64,000 nt of DNA from Histomonas meleagridis 2922-C6/04-290x (GCA_020184695.1 JAANOX010000083.1:372001-436000); one strand, 5' to 3'; shown: positions 22,085-32,954, counted from the stretch's first letter. Notes: generated by a model not told the origin, from the sequence alone. Numbers and translations are program-made.

Positions 22085-23059
22085 TTAGAGTAATAGATTT
22101 ATTATGGAATCTACTTCAGCAGGATCTTTTGGTGCATTTTGACACTTTATTGTGCTATTTTGTTGAATCAATTCCTCAACCTTTCCTTTTAATGGGAATT
22201 CATCACCATCAAAAACAATTGTTAACTTAAGTTGCAACGCATTACATGCGCCAACAACATTTAAAATTTTTGTTACATTTTCAAGATCTGAAGAATCTTT
22301 TCCGGATGCAATATAAATTACTCCATTTCTTGGCTTAAGTGCCCAAAGTTCTTCTTGTAAACTTGCGCGGTGGTTACCATTCATTGAGCAAAAGTGCCAA
22401 TTTTTGCCTTTCTTTTGAATTGAAAGCATAACCGTTTGAATGAAGTTTGATGGAGTGTCTGCAATAATAGCAAAGTCTGCAAATGGTCCTTTTTCAAGAG
22501 CTTCTGGTATGCTTCCGATTCTACTTTTGATCACGCTAAATAGCTCTTCGCTAGTTAATGGATTGGCACGATCTTTTGGACTGATGATGTAATCATCAGC
22601 TTCAATTGGCGATGGCCATTTAACACCAATTGCAGGATCATCAAATCGTACAGAAAAGTCAAGTGGTGTATTAAAACATCCACCTTGTAAGTATACAATT
22701 GATGTATTATCTTCGGCTGCGAAAAATCCATGAGCGCAGAATGGAGGGATTAAAATTTGTGTTGTTTTATCAAGCCAAGCGGAATCCCATTTAAGAAATG
22801 TTGGTGAATCAGGACGAAGATCAACACAAACATCAAATGCTTTACCAGTTGGACAACAAACCAACTTATGATAAGGTGAACAATGAAGTCCACGAATTAC
22901 ATTTCTTTGAGATCGAGAAACAGTAACTTGTGGAAATTCAGGGCAAAACTTCGATTTAAGAATGTTAAAGAAAACTACTTCTTCCTCCCCGTTGATGTTT
23001 TTCTCTTCTGTTTTAAAGGTGAAGGCACCATCGACTCCTAATGGCTTGCCAGTGTCCAT
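22085..23059 (-). CDS. rmlC: dTDP-4-dehydrorhamnose 3,5-epimerase (RmlC) fused to a degenerate, truncated reductase-like domain
   Basis: RmlC motifs VIRGLH, KLV, FDVCVDLRPDSPTF, AHGF, VY and the C-terminal ISPKD. Residues ~195-324 resemble the NRS/ER-type SDR N-half. Confidence 0.88.
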   Translation of the reverse strand: MDTGKPLGVDGAFTFKTEEKNINGEEEVVFFNILKSKFCPEFPQVTVSRSQRNVIRGLHCSPYHKLVCCPTGKAFDVCVDLRPDSPTFLKWDSAWLDKTTQILIPPFCAHGFFAAEDNTSIVYLQGGCFNTPLDFSVRFDDPAIGVKWPSPIEADDYIISPKDRANPLTSEELFSVIKSRIGSIPEALEKGPFADFAIIADTPSNFIQTVMLSIQKKGKNWHFCSMNGNHRASLQEELWALKPRNGVIYIASGKDSSDLENVTKILNVVGACNALQLKLTIVFDGDEFPLKGKVEELIQQNSTIKCQNAPKDPAEVDSIINLLL

Positions 23060-23229
23060 TTAGCACTTTTTGGAGTGTCCCGCTTTTTTACGGTTTCTGA
23101 CTCTTCCGGTCGGGGGGGTCCATAAGTTTTGTATAAAAGATTTCAATATTGGGAAATTGGATTTCTGGTTTTTGAATAATGTAAATTGAAATGTAACACA
23201 GGCACAAAACCGTTCGTTGGTTCAAAATA

Positions 23230-23799
23230 ATGGGCGAGAAGCAATATATCAAAATTGTCTTACTAGGAGATGCAGCTGTCGGGAAAACTTCAATTATTAA
23301 CCTCTATACAGGAACAGGTGGGCTCAGCAAAGAAGCAACTGTTGGTGGCTGTTCAAAAGTTAAATCAATGAAATTTGACGGGATTGAATATGATATAAAT
23401 ATATGGGATACAGCAGGATCTGAGTCATACCGTGAAATTGTTCCAATGTATATTCATGGAGCTGCAGCTGCTATTATCGTAAGTGATTTAACATCTAAAA
23501 GCTCAATAGATAACATAAAATATTGGGTCAACTTCGTAAGAGACAATGCTGAGGATGCTATACAAATTGTTTTGTGTTTTAATAAGTCAGATCTTGTTGA
23601 AGAAAGAGTTTGTTCAACATCTGACATACAAGAAATAGCTGACTCTTACAACCTTCGTTTTTCCGAAGTTTCTGCTCTTTCTGGCGAAGGGATCAATGGT
23701 TTGTTTGAATCGATTATATCCGAGCTATTATATTCAAAAGAAAATTTCATACATAAGAAAGTTGCTTTGGAAGATACTAAAAAAGGATGTTCGTGTTAA
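23230..23799 (+). CDS. Rab-family small GTPase
   Basis: GDAAVGKTS, WDTAGSE, NKSD, EVSA and a C-terminal CSC prenylation motif. Confidence 0.93.
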   Translation: MGEKQYIKIVLLGDAAVGKTSIINLYTGTGGLSKEATVGGCSKVKSMKFDGIEYDINIWDTAGSESYREIVPMYIHGAAAAIIVSDLTSKSSIDNIKYWVNFVRDNAEDAIQIVLCFNKSDLVEERVCSTSDIQEIADSYNLRFSEVSALSGEGINGLFESIISELLYSKENFIHKKVALEDTKKGCSC

Positions 23800-24186
23800 G
23801 TATCCTATATCCATAGACAAAACTTTAAAGTACATTTCTAATAAAGATATTTATTTTTCAAATAAAGCATTAATACGAAAAATGTATTTTTAAAAGAATT
23901 TGTTTGTAGGCAAATAAATTACAAAGTAAATAAAAAATAAATTTGGATTGAAAGTTTTACAATATTTCTTTTTTTCGTTTTTCATTTGCATCTAGGTAAG
24001 AATAACTGAACGCATGTAGGTTAAAGAAAACAATTAGATCATTCGTACTATTTTTTACTCCTAAAAGATTGTCAATCTGCCAATAAAAAGCTTGAGGTTT
24101 TCGTGTGTATAACGATTATAATTTGAATTGGTATGGTTCGTTTTCAGAATTTTACACTCCGTGGCAAATAACGTATTCTGCCTGAG

Positions 24187-27100
24187 ATGAGAAAGATTGA
24201 TTTCTCTTCTTCTTCTTCTATTCATAGTGCACTTAATCAAAATCTAGCCCATATTACAGGTACAGAATCTTCAGTCAATACTGGCGATTGGCCTTTATTT
24301 TTACGTTATTCGCAATTTTCAAATTTTCCACCAATTGTTCATTTAATCCCACTCGTTTTTTTTGTTATACAAAGCATGTTAGTATCCTTAAAATTTCAAT
24401 ACAAAGGTGGATTCTATGAGACAAATATTATTCAAGCCATCTTTCTTTTCCATTATTTAGGAGACCTTTCAAGTACAGTTATTACAGGAGTTATTATTTC
24501 CACTGTAGTAGTTCTTGTTTCATTATGGATGATGTTAGTATATGTTGATTACAAAAAACGGAAAATTTCACAAAAGTCCAATTTGATTATCATCGGAATT
24601 TTTGGACATGTAGTTCTTCCAATTCTTGTAGTTTCCTGTAGTTTTATTAGTGGTTATCATGTTATGACACTCTTTCAATCTGCTACACCTACATTTATTA
24701 TATGTGCCATATATGAATTTATTGCTGCATTTTTTGGTGGATGTTTAATGATTTTTTATGAGCGATTTTCTATTTCCTCTGTATATTTTTTGCATTCATA
24801 TACATGTTATTGGGATGCTTCATTTTATATGACATCTTATATATTATTATCTGTGTGTGCATTTTTTGCTAACTTTGCGGCTCTTTTTGCACTTATTATT
24901 CAAGTCTTTATCATTGTAGTACATGCATTTTTTTATGTATGTCAAATCTATTTATTAATTAAATTACCATGTGTCTTAAAAATTGGTAACGCAATACATT
25001 TTTCACTTGCGATTACATGTATAATTTGTGATATAATGTTTTTTGTAACTGATAATCTTTTAGTATTAACACTTTTCCCCATATTTTTATTTATTGTTTT
25101 AACAATTATTAATTATATAATCTTAAAGAAAGTTGTCATAAAACTTATTGAAAGACCAGTAACCAATCAACAACAATTATTATTAAAATTAAAACTTGCA
25201 TTTACAGAACATCATTCTTCTTTTGTCGAAGGGAAGTTAATAGAATCTGCTTATAAATCGCCATTAATTGATAAAAATGGTAAACTTGTCATCGCACGAT
25301 TATGTTCATATTTCCCACAATATGATAATATCCTTTTATCACTTTTAGAAGATTTGTTTTCTGAGAATTCTATGGGATTTTATGATCAATTTTCGATATA
25401 TACTATAAACATAGCTAATTGTACACGACAAACGATTATACAATTAAATGATTTAAATGATGTTAAAGATAAATCAAATTTATTGACACAAACATTACGA
25501 CATTTTTGGAAAGGTTTAATGGAAATACCTTATTGTCCGAATGGTTATTCAACATTTTCTAAAATATCCAAAGAAATAAATGAAATTGATGAATTTTGGT
25601 CCGATGAAATCGAAATATATCCATTAAGTACAATTGTATCACAATCATATTCCAATTATTTGATAGAAAATCATTGTGATTTTGAAAGTGGTGCATTTTG
25701 GGCTTATAAAACTAACCAACTTCAAATGGGTAATATTTTTGATTTAGAATATTTAACGATATCATTTTTACATATGTTTCCAAGTTATACTGATGAAATA
25801 TTATCTCATGTTAAAGTTGCAAATTTAGATGATTTAGATTCAAAGAAGAAAGAAGAATCATTAAAATCTTTAATAAGTAATTCCGAATTAAAAGTCGAAT
25901 TCCAAAGAGCTGTACAAGATAAGAAATCTAAATACTTACCATTAATTAATAGTGTTTCATTGTATAGATTAATTATTGTAATCATTTGTTGGATTGTACT
26001 TTTAATAATTTTCGCAGGTTATCGAAATGAACGAATTGAACAATTAGAATTAATTAATCATATTACTCAAATTGAAGTATCTTTAAGTTCTTCATTAACG
26101 TCATTGTTATTTGCTAGTGGTACTGAATATGGATTAGTTTATTCACAAGAAGACTTCTTAACACAAATTCATGCTGATACGAATCAAGGACTTTTTAACT
26201 TAGAAATTAATTGGATGCAAAATGCTGTCGTTTTTGCAATGAATGGTTTACATTCATTTCAGTACTTTATTTCATATTTGATGAGACATATTTCTGATGG
26301 TAATCAATTTAATAATTTTTTGACTGTTTTAGAGAAAAAAGATTTACCAAGAATTGAAGAAACATTATCAAATAATGATAACTTATATGGGGATATTTCT
26401 ATTACATTATTAGCCATTGTTAAACGTTGTCAATCAATTCTTGCAACATATTTTATACAAAATATTACAACATCTGATTTTATAATTCCAATATATCATA
26501 ATTTAATATTTACAAGATTAAATGATTTAATAGATGCAATCGTATCCGATGAAAAACAACAAATAATTAGTGAAAATTCATTTAACAAAATTCCATTTAT
26601 AGTTTGTATGTTAATTTCGGTAATAACGATTCCATTAAATATAATATATTTTGCATTATTTTATCATGAATTAAATCAAATAATGAAATTATGTTATGAT
26701 TTACCAAATGATGTTAAAAAGACAGGAAGTGAATTTTTACTTATTAAACATGAACGAACTGAAGAAGCATTTAATCCAAATATATTCATAAATCATCGAT
26801 CATTTTGTTCATTATTACCAATTATAATATTTTTTGTAATAGATTTAGTTATTATGATAATATTTTTATATTCGATGAAATATGTTATTACAAGTAATGA
26901 ATCAATTGGTTCATTATCAGAAGCTGTTAGTTATGCAGGTAAAAAAGCTTCTACAATGATGTATATAATTGCCGAATTTAGTTCTTATTCTTTATTAAGT
27001 TTGAAGCCAGGTTTAAATGAAGATTTTCCAGAAGAAATAAGTGAAGCAATTGAAAACTTAAGTTCAGTATATTCTAAATTAATGAATTTTGATTTCGATT

Positions 27101-28554
27101 CCAATAATCGATATACTTCTATCATTCAAGGAATCGAGAAACAAACAAATTGTACTGTTAATTCTTCTTCTAATGAACTTCATCAAAGATATTCATGTAG
27201 TTCAATTGAACAAGGAATTGTTACATATTTAGAAATTGCTCGACATTTATTATTAAATGATCCATTACAAATAATGCGAACAATTGACTTTTTACATTTA
27301 TTCCATTTAGCTACTGCACATTTATATTATCCATTAATGAATTCATTAGAATATTATGTTGAATATGGGAAAGCTTCAAATGAATTATTTAATCAAAATT
27401 TAGCTATTTATTCAGTTATAGTATTTTTTATAGCAATAATTTCATTATTTATTAGTTTATATATTTATTCCATATATTCTAAAATATTTAAAGTCGGTAT
27501 TATGTTAATTCAAAGATTAAATCCTTTGGATACATTATCCGATCAAAAAATGGTTTCGTTTTTAATCGAAATCAAAAATAATGAACACGAAAGAGCAAAA
27601 AGTGCCGAAAAAGATGTATTTGATAATATATCACGTGCTATAATTTTAATTAATAAAAACGGAACAATCTTTAGTATGAATTCTGCATTTCAATCACTCT
27701 TCGGTTATGATCATGCACATATTATAGGTTCGACATTTGATAAATTCATTAAAGAAGAAAAAGCAATTGAATATTTAAATAATATAATTCAAGAAAATCA
27801 AAGTTCGGGTTATATCCAAACAAGTTGTAAGAAAGAAAATGGTTCACATATCGACGTTGAAATATATATTTCTGATCTTTTACCAGGTACAGTTGATCAT
27901 TCATTTATGTTTTCATTTACAAGTCTTTCAGATGAGAAAAGATTACAAAAGAAACTTGAAGAGTTAACAAATTCGAATGAAATTATAATGAAATCATTAC
28001 ATTTAGATATACTTAAAAACAAATCAGAAATATTAATTAAAAATGCAACGATTATACTTATTAAAATTAATGAATTTAATCTAAACGCTGGTCTTGCTGA
28101 GATTTGTTTAATGACTACAGAATTATGGAAAAATTGCGAAAAAATATTAAGAAAATATTCGAATTTATATAAAGTTTACTTAAATAATAATATTTTATGT
28201 GTTGTTGTACCAAATGATCCTGATGATATTATTAATAATAATATTGACGCGTTTAACTTCATAAATGAATGTTTTAGACAATGTGAAACTGAAACAAGTT
28301 TGTTACTGACTGCGTCAATGGAATATGGTAATGATATTAAAATAATGGAAATAAATAGCGAAAATAAATTGGTGAATTTGATATTCGGAAAAGCGTATGA
28401 TACAGCATTTAAATTATTACAATATGCTGTAGTTAATAGAGTTTCTGTCGGGCCAAATGTTTATACATCTATTGGGACTTTAAATAATTGTAATGTGGAA
28501 GAAAAAAGAAATGATGTTGTTGGGAATTTCTATGAAATTTGGTCAGTTGAATAA
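24187..28554 (+). CDS. Polytopic membrane protein with PAS domain and degenerate class III adenylyl/guanylyl cyclase domain (trichomonad TMAC family)
   Basis: Multiple TM clusters; PAS segment AIILINKNGTIFSMNSAFQSLFGYD...IIGSTF; C-terminal cyclase-homology region whose catalytic positions are substituted. Confidence 0.85.
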   Translation: MRKIDFSSSSSIHSALNQNLAHITGTESSVNTGDWPLFLRYSQFSNFPPIVHLIPLVFFVIQSMLVSLKFQYKGGFYETNIIQAIFLFHYLGDLSSTVITGVIISTVVVLVSLWMMLVYVDYKKRKISQKSNLIIIGIFGHVVLPILVVSCSFISGYHVMTLFQSATPTFIICAIYEFIAAFFGGCLMIFYERFSISSVYFLHSYTCYWDASFYMTSYILLSVCAFFANFAALFALIIQVFIIVVHAFFYVCQIYLLIKLPCVLKIGNAIHFSLAITCIICDIMFFVTDNLLVLTLFPIFLFIVLTIINYIILKKVVIKLIERPVTNQQQLLLKLKLAFTEHHSSFVEGKLIESAYKSPLIDKNGKLVIARLCSYFPQYDNILLSLLEDLFSENSMGFYDQFSIYTINIANCTRQTIIQLNDLNDVKDKSNLLTQTLRHFWKGLMEIPYCPNGYSTFSKISKEINEIDEFWSDEIEIYPLSTIVSQSYSNYLIENHCDFESGAFWAYKTNQLQMGNIFDLEYLTISFLHMFPSYTDEILSHVKVANLDDLDSKKKEESLKSLISNSELKVEFQRAVQDKKSKYLPLINSVSLYRLIIVIICWIVLLIIFAGYRNERIEQLELINHITQIEVSLSSSLTSLLFASGTEYGLVYSQEDFLTQIHADTNQGLFNLEINWMQNAVVFAMNGLHSFQYFISYLMRHISDGNQFNNFLTVLEKKDLPRIEETLSNNDNLYGDISITLLAIVKRCQSILATYFIQNITTSDFIIPIYHNLIFTRLNDLIDAIVSDEKQQIISENSFNKIPFIVCMLISVITIPLNIIYFALFYHELNQIMKLCYDLPNDVKKTGSEFLLIKHERTEEAFNPNIFINHRSFCSLLPIIIFFVIDLVIMIIFLYSMKYVITSNESIGSLSEAVSYAGKKASTMMYIIAEFSSYSLLSLKPGLNEDFPEEISEAIENLSSVYSKLMNFDFDSNNRYTSIIQGIEKQTNCTVNSSSNELHQRYSCSSIEQGIVTYLEIARHLLLNDPLQIMRTIDFLHLFHLATAHLYYPLMNSLEYYVEYGKASNELFNQNLAIYSVIVFFIAIISLFISLYIYSIYSKIFKVGIMLIQRLNPLDTLSDQKMVSFLIEIKNNEHERAKSAEKDVFDNISRAIILINKNGTIFSMNSAFQSLFGYDHAHIIGSTFDKFIKEEKAIEYLNNIIQENQSSGYIQTSCKKENGSHIDVEIYISDLLPGTVDHSFMFSFTSLSDEKRLQKKLEELTNSNEIIMKSLHLDILKNKSEILIKNATIILIKINEFNLNAGLAEICLMTTELWKNCEKILRKYSNLYKVYLNNNILCVVVPNDPDDIINNNIDAFNFINECFRQCETETSLLLTASMEYGNDIKIMEINSENKLVNLIFGKAYDTAFKLLQYAVVNRVSVGPNVYTSIGTLNNCNVEEKRNDVVGNFYEIWSVE

Positions 28555-28662
28555 CAAAAAAATTAAAAAAAATAAAAAGCGTATTTTATTGAATAAAAAT
28601 ATTTTTGTCAAAATTATTGAATAAAAATGTGTTAGTCAGTCGATTGGAATTTTCTTTTTTAA

Positions 28663-31287
28663 ATGAAGAAAATTTTTGTTGCAAATTTAGAGATACCACC
28701 ACCACAAAAATTTATACCTTCAATCCCTGTAAATTTTTTTCTTGACGTTAATAGAATAGATACCATTTATGTTCAATTTTCAAAATTTGCATCAGAAACT
28801 TCTAAAAAACCTACAAATAAATCATCTATAGATATAAAATTATATCAAGCTGAAATTAATTGGGAATTAGGAATTAAATCATTCGATGAATATTTAACAC
28901 CAATCAAACTGTCAGAAAGAGCAAATTTTACAGGTAATGTTTACCCTTATTCAATATCTCTTGAATCATTTCTTCCATTATATGCAATTGCAAATTTAAC
29001 AAAGATGGAAAAACTCATAACTTATCTTGAATTATCCCTTTATTCAATTATACCACCAGATATTGCACTATTATTTAAAACTCTTATTAGCAACTCCACC
29101 CTTCCATTTGATCGTTTATTAGGCACATTTAAACTTCTTTTATCAATATCAAAACCTTTAGATATATATATGTCAACATTAGAGTTTGCTCCTATAATCA
29201 CACTTTTTCGTGATAAAAATGGCTTTATTACGAATTGGTTAATAAGTGTATACAATATATTTTCCAAGAAAAAACTTTTTTCTGACGAAATTCATCGCAT
29301 CACAAAAAACGTTAAAACCGTTTCTGAAATAAGCACGTTTATTGTATGGGCATATTCACGATTTTTTCCTGATCTTAAAGCAAATATTTCTTCTTTCCCA
29401 CTTATTATTAATAGGTTTGATTTTAATGTTGATATTGAACTTGATGAGTCTCAAATTTATTGGATTTTTAAGCATAAACATAGTGGTCCAATATCTAATC
29501 ATTTAATAAATTGTGGAATACAATACATAAAAAACAATTTAAAAACTAAACCAAGAGAATGTAAATTAATTTATGATTCTTTAGTTAAATTCGATTCTTT
29601 TGATGTTGAAAATTTAGATTCACAACAAATCTCTGTTTTAATTCCACTTGCGTCTGATCCTCAAAATTCAAGTGCACACTTTAATCATGCCAAATTCTTT
29701 GATTTATTAGTAAATCGATTAAAAGAAATTGGCGATATTTCTGAAGTTGTTAAAGAAAACAATGAAAATTTCTTATCATTAACATGGGAACAAATTGTTT
29801 CAACATTTGATCCACAATTAGAGAATTCTTTTTATCTATATTGTAAATGGATCAATAAGAATCGGCCAACCTCATCATCCATTTTATATGAATTTCTTGA
29901 AATTATATCAAAAATTAAAATTAATACCAAACAAGAGTATTTTCTTCTGCTAGTTTTCAATGCGTTTTCATCGTCATATTTAAACGATACACAAATTCAA
30001 TTTTTGGGGCAGCTCAAAACGATCATTTTGAATTATGATTTCATAAGTTTATTCAGCTATATTTCAAAGAAGAAAAATGTAATTTATTTTAATTCACAAA
30101 CACTTCAATTTATTCATCAACGAACAAAAACTAATGCTGATGAACAATCTAGTTTTGTTAATATGTTAATAACTAAAGGATATGAAAACATTGAACCGAA
30201 TATATTATTACCGATTACTAACAAGAGTTATATGAATTGTATTAAATTAATGCTTACAACAAATATTAAAAATGAAACATTAAACAATGAATTAATTAAA
30301 ATGACACGTTTAATATTATGGGAACTTAAACCAATGGAAATTCGACTTGTATCAAATCTTTTACCATTTGATGTAGTTTTTAACACAGATTCCCCAATAA
30401 TATTAGCCAATGAAGACAAAGCATTATATTATTATACGTTATCTAAAGATAGTGATATGAATTTATTAAATTATTCGCAAATATCATTTCGTATTGCATC
30501 TAAATTTGGCGAGCCAATAATATTTCAATTTCCACCAAATGAAAATTCGCTTTATAATTATATTACTAATGATTTTAACTTTGATTTTGATAAATGGGAA
30601 ACATTTACATATCCACGATTCCAATATCATTCGTTACGACAAGTTACAATATATTTAATGTGTCCAACGAATTTAACATATTTATCGATAATAAAAAATT
30701 GTTTTAATTATATTGGCGTCAATGAAGTTAATATATATTTCATAGATAATTCTGTAACATCTATAGCAGAACCAATTGGCCCCATAATATTAATAAAACC
30801 TTTTAATGGTATAACTTGTGAAATACCATTAATGAATGCAATTTTTTCACGAATTACTAATTTGAAGTGTGGTTTCGCCATGAATGCAAATGCATTGAAA
30901 GATATTTTAAATTTGTGTCCACAGTTTCTTCCGAATATTTTCTCGTTCGATGATGACTTCTTAGAGAATATACAATGGAATGAAACGCCGGATGATATTT
31001 TACCTTCAAAAGAAAATTTGCCGATTTTGGAATTAAGAAATGGAATCGATGAATATTATCACTCAATTCCTTTCACAATATTTAAATCGGATTTGGTGTT
31101 ATCAAAAATGAGTTTTAATGGTGAGAGAGTGTTCGCAGCAAAATTGAAAAACGATGTCGCAATATTTAACTTCGACTTGTGTTTGGATTGCGAAAAAAAG
31201 TTTTTGGAATGTGCTTTGGTAAAGGGAATGGCGCAATGTATACTTTCGTTATTTGCAAACCTTTGCGATATAGACAGAATTGAATAA
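28663..31287 (+). CDS. Hypothetical 874-aa protein, paralog of 34042..37017 (possible BTB/BACK-like N-terminus)
   Basis: Long intact ORF sharing motifs (WAYSRFFPDL, ...HSIPF, RVFAAKL, IFNFDL) with the convergent gene. Confidence 0.85.
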   Translation: MKKIFVANLEIPPPQKFIPSIPVNFFLDVNRIDTIYVQFSKFASETSKKPTNKSSIDIKLYQAEINWELGIKSFDEYLTPIKLSERANFTGNVYPYSISLESFLPLYAIANLTKMEKLITYLELSLYSIIPPDIALLFKTLISNSTLPFDRLLGTFKLLLSISKPLDIYMSTLEFAPIITLFRDKNGFITNWLISVYNIFSKKKLFSDEIHRITKNVKTVSEISTFIVWAYSRFFPDLKANISSFPLIINRFDFNVDIELDESQIYWIFKHKHSGPISNHLINCGIQYIKNNLKTKPRECKLIYDSLVKFDSFDVENLDSQQISVLIPLASDPQNSSAHFNHAKFFDLLVNRLKEIGDISEVVKENNENFLSLTWEQIVSTFDPQLENSFYLYCKWINKNRPTSSSILYEFLEIISKIKINTKQEYFLLLVFNAFSSSYLNDTQIQFLGQLKTIILNYDFISLFSYISKKKNVIYFNSQTLQFIHQRTKTNADEQSSFVNMLITKGYENIEPNILLPITNKSYMNCIKLMLTTNIKNETLNNELIKMTRLILWELKPMEIRLVSNLLPFDVVFNTDSPIILANEDKALYYYTLSKDSDMNLLNYSQISFRIASKFGEPIIFQFPPNENSLYNYITNDFNFDFDKWETFTYPRFQYHSLRQVTIYLMCPTNLTYLSIIKNCFNYIGVNEVNIYFIDNSVTSIAEPIGPIILIKPFNGITCEIPLMNAIFSRITNLKCGFAMNANALKDILNLCPQFLPNIFSFDDDFLENIQWNETPDDILPSKENLPILELRNGIDEYYHSIPFTIFKSDLVLSKMSFNGERVFAAKLKNDVAIFNFDLCLDCEKKFLECALVKGMAQCILSLFANLCDIDRIE

Positions 31288-31320
31288 AGAATATTGAATG
31301 TTTTGATTGTAATTTTTATG

Positions 31321-31322
<2 letters not shown>

Positions 31323-31351
<29 letters not shown>
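31323..31351. repeat. (TA)n microsatellite, about 14 units
   Basis: tatatatatatatatatatatatatatat, just downstream of the 28663..31287 stop codon. Confidence 0.9.
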
Positions 31352-31353
<2 letters not shown>

Positions 31354-31465
31354 TTCAATAAGTTGAAGGAAATGTTTTCTTTAAAGATATAGTTGATTAA
31401 TATTCGTTTTCAAATTTAAAAATCATAACTTAAAAAATAAAAATAATCATAATTTTTAATTTTTA

Positions 31466-32233
31466 ATGAATACATTTACAGTATTGCTAAAGAATGGCAT
31501 TTTTAACCCCATATCTTATTTCATATTTTCAGCCAATAATAATGTTGTCAAATGATATATAAAAAGCTACGATACCACTTTGAAAGAAGGGATGAATATT
31601 GATTATATAAATTTTTCATTTTTTGGTTTAATGCTAATTTTAATATTTTAATACTCATTCATATTTTTTGGAATTAATCTTTATAATTTGGTATTACACT
31701 AATTAAAGCAGCCCAAATAGGTCTTATAGATGAAGTAACAAACAATAATATTACTTTATATTTTATAAAATATAATATATATATACATTATTTGGAAATT
31801 ATTTAAATTAAATAAAACATCGCTTATGATTGCTTCTGAAAACCATCATGTAGGAATAATTAAATTACTTCGTGAACAAAAAGGAATTAGTGTTAATGCT
31901 AAAAATATTTATTTGGTTTATTTAATATTGTTTTTATTTTTTAATACTTAATAATATTTTTTGGAATTTGCCTCTATAATTTGCTATTGGACTTGTTAAA
32001 TCAGCACAAATGGGTCTTATAGATGAAGTAAGACAACTTCTTGGACAAGAAGGAATTGATGTTAATGTTAAAGATATTTATTGGTTTTATTTCATATTTA
32101 TTTTTATAATTTGCTATTTCAAAATAATATTTGGAAATTATTTGTTCTATTTCAAACAGCGCTTATGATTGCTTCTGGAAAAGGTAATATTCAAATAGTT
32201 AAATTACTTCGCATGAAGAATTCAGTCTTATAA
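31466..32233 (+). pseudogene. Ankyrin-repeat relic with spacer-interrupted repeats
   Basis: Modules 31813-31914 (KTSLMIASENHHVGIIKLLREQKGISVNAKNIY) and 31982-32083 (AIGLVKSAQMGLIDEVRQLLGQEGIDVNVKDIY), each 102 nt. Spacers at 31621-31688, 31915-31981 and 32084-32151. One repeat is partly deleted and there is an in-frame TGA near 31553. Confidence 0.8.
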
Positions 32234-32543
32234 AATCAAATGATAATTCTTCATTCAGTAATAAAAACAAGAAAAATGTTAATACACTTAAATAAACGTG
32301 AATTCAAATCTAGTAAATTTATTTTTATCATAATCTCAACTAAAAATGATATTAATAATATCATTAAAATGATAATTGTGCGTTTAAACATGAGCCGCAA
32401 GATACAATAATATCATAATAATGAAGTTACTAAATAGATAATTTAATACATAAAGAAAGATTCCAAACATTTTATTTTAAAACATGCCCTATTCAAGGAA
32501 CAAGTTGAAAATACATTATATTAAATATGTATTAAGCATGATG

Positions 32544-32954
32544 TCAAGCAGATCCGTTTTGCATCAATAAATCATAGTAAGTGAATAATGTTGGTTTTAG
32601 TTCTTTGGGTGGAGGTTCCATAATCATATCAAAAAGACACTTTGGCTCTTGTTGTTGTTCTTGTGTATTGTTTTTATTAATGGCAGATGCTTCTTCTAAT
32701 TGTTTTGTATCTCCCCAGAGAGCACCTCCTGAAATTTTTGTTTCCTCACTTTCATTACTTGCTTCTTTATTTCCTTTTGAAGTTATGTTTCCTTCAAATT
32801 GTATATCGATTTCCTTTTTTTCTGGTTCGAGAGGGATCAATTGTTTTTTCTGTATAACCTTTCTGCTTGAATTTGAAGCAGAATGAGGAGTGCTATGAGG
32901 TGCTTTTCTTTCTTCTTCAATCTGTTCTTGTAAAATCGAAATGTATTCAGACAT
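32544..32954 (-). CDS. Hypothetical low-complexity protein (136 aa)
   Basis: ATG ORF, E/K/Q-rich, coding-like composition. Confidence 0.7.
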   Translation of the reverse strand: MSEYISILQEQIEEERKAPHSTPHSASNSSRKVIQKKQLIPLEPEKKEIDIQFEGNITSKGNKEASNESEETKISGGALWGDTKQLEEASAINKNNTQEQQQEPKCLFDMIMEPPPKELKPTLFTYYDLLMQNGSA

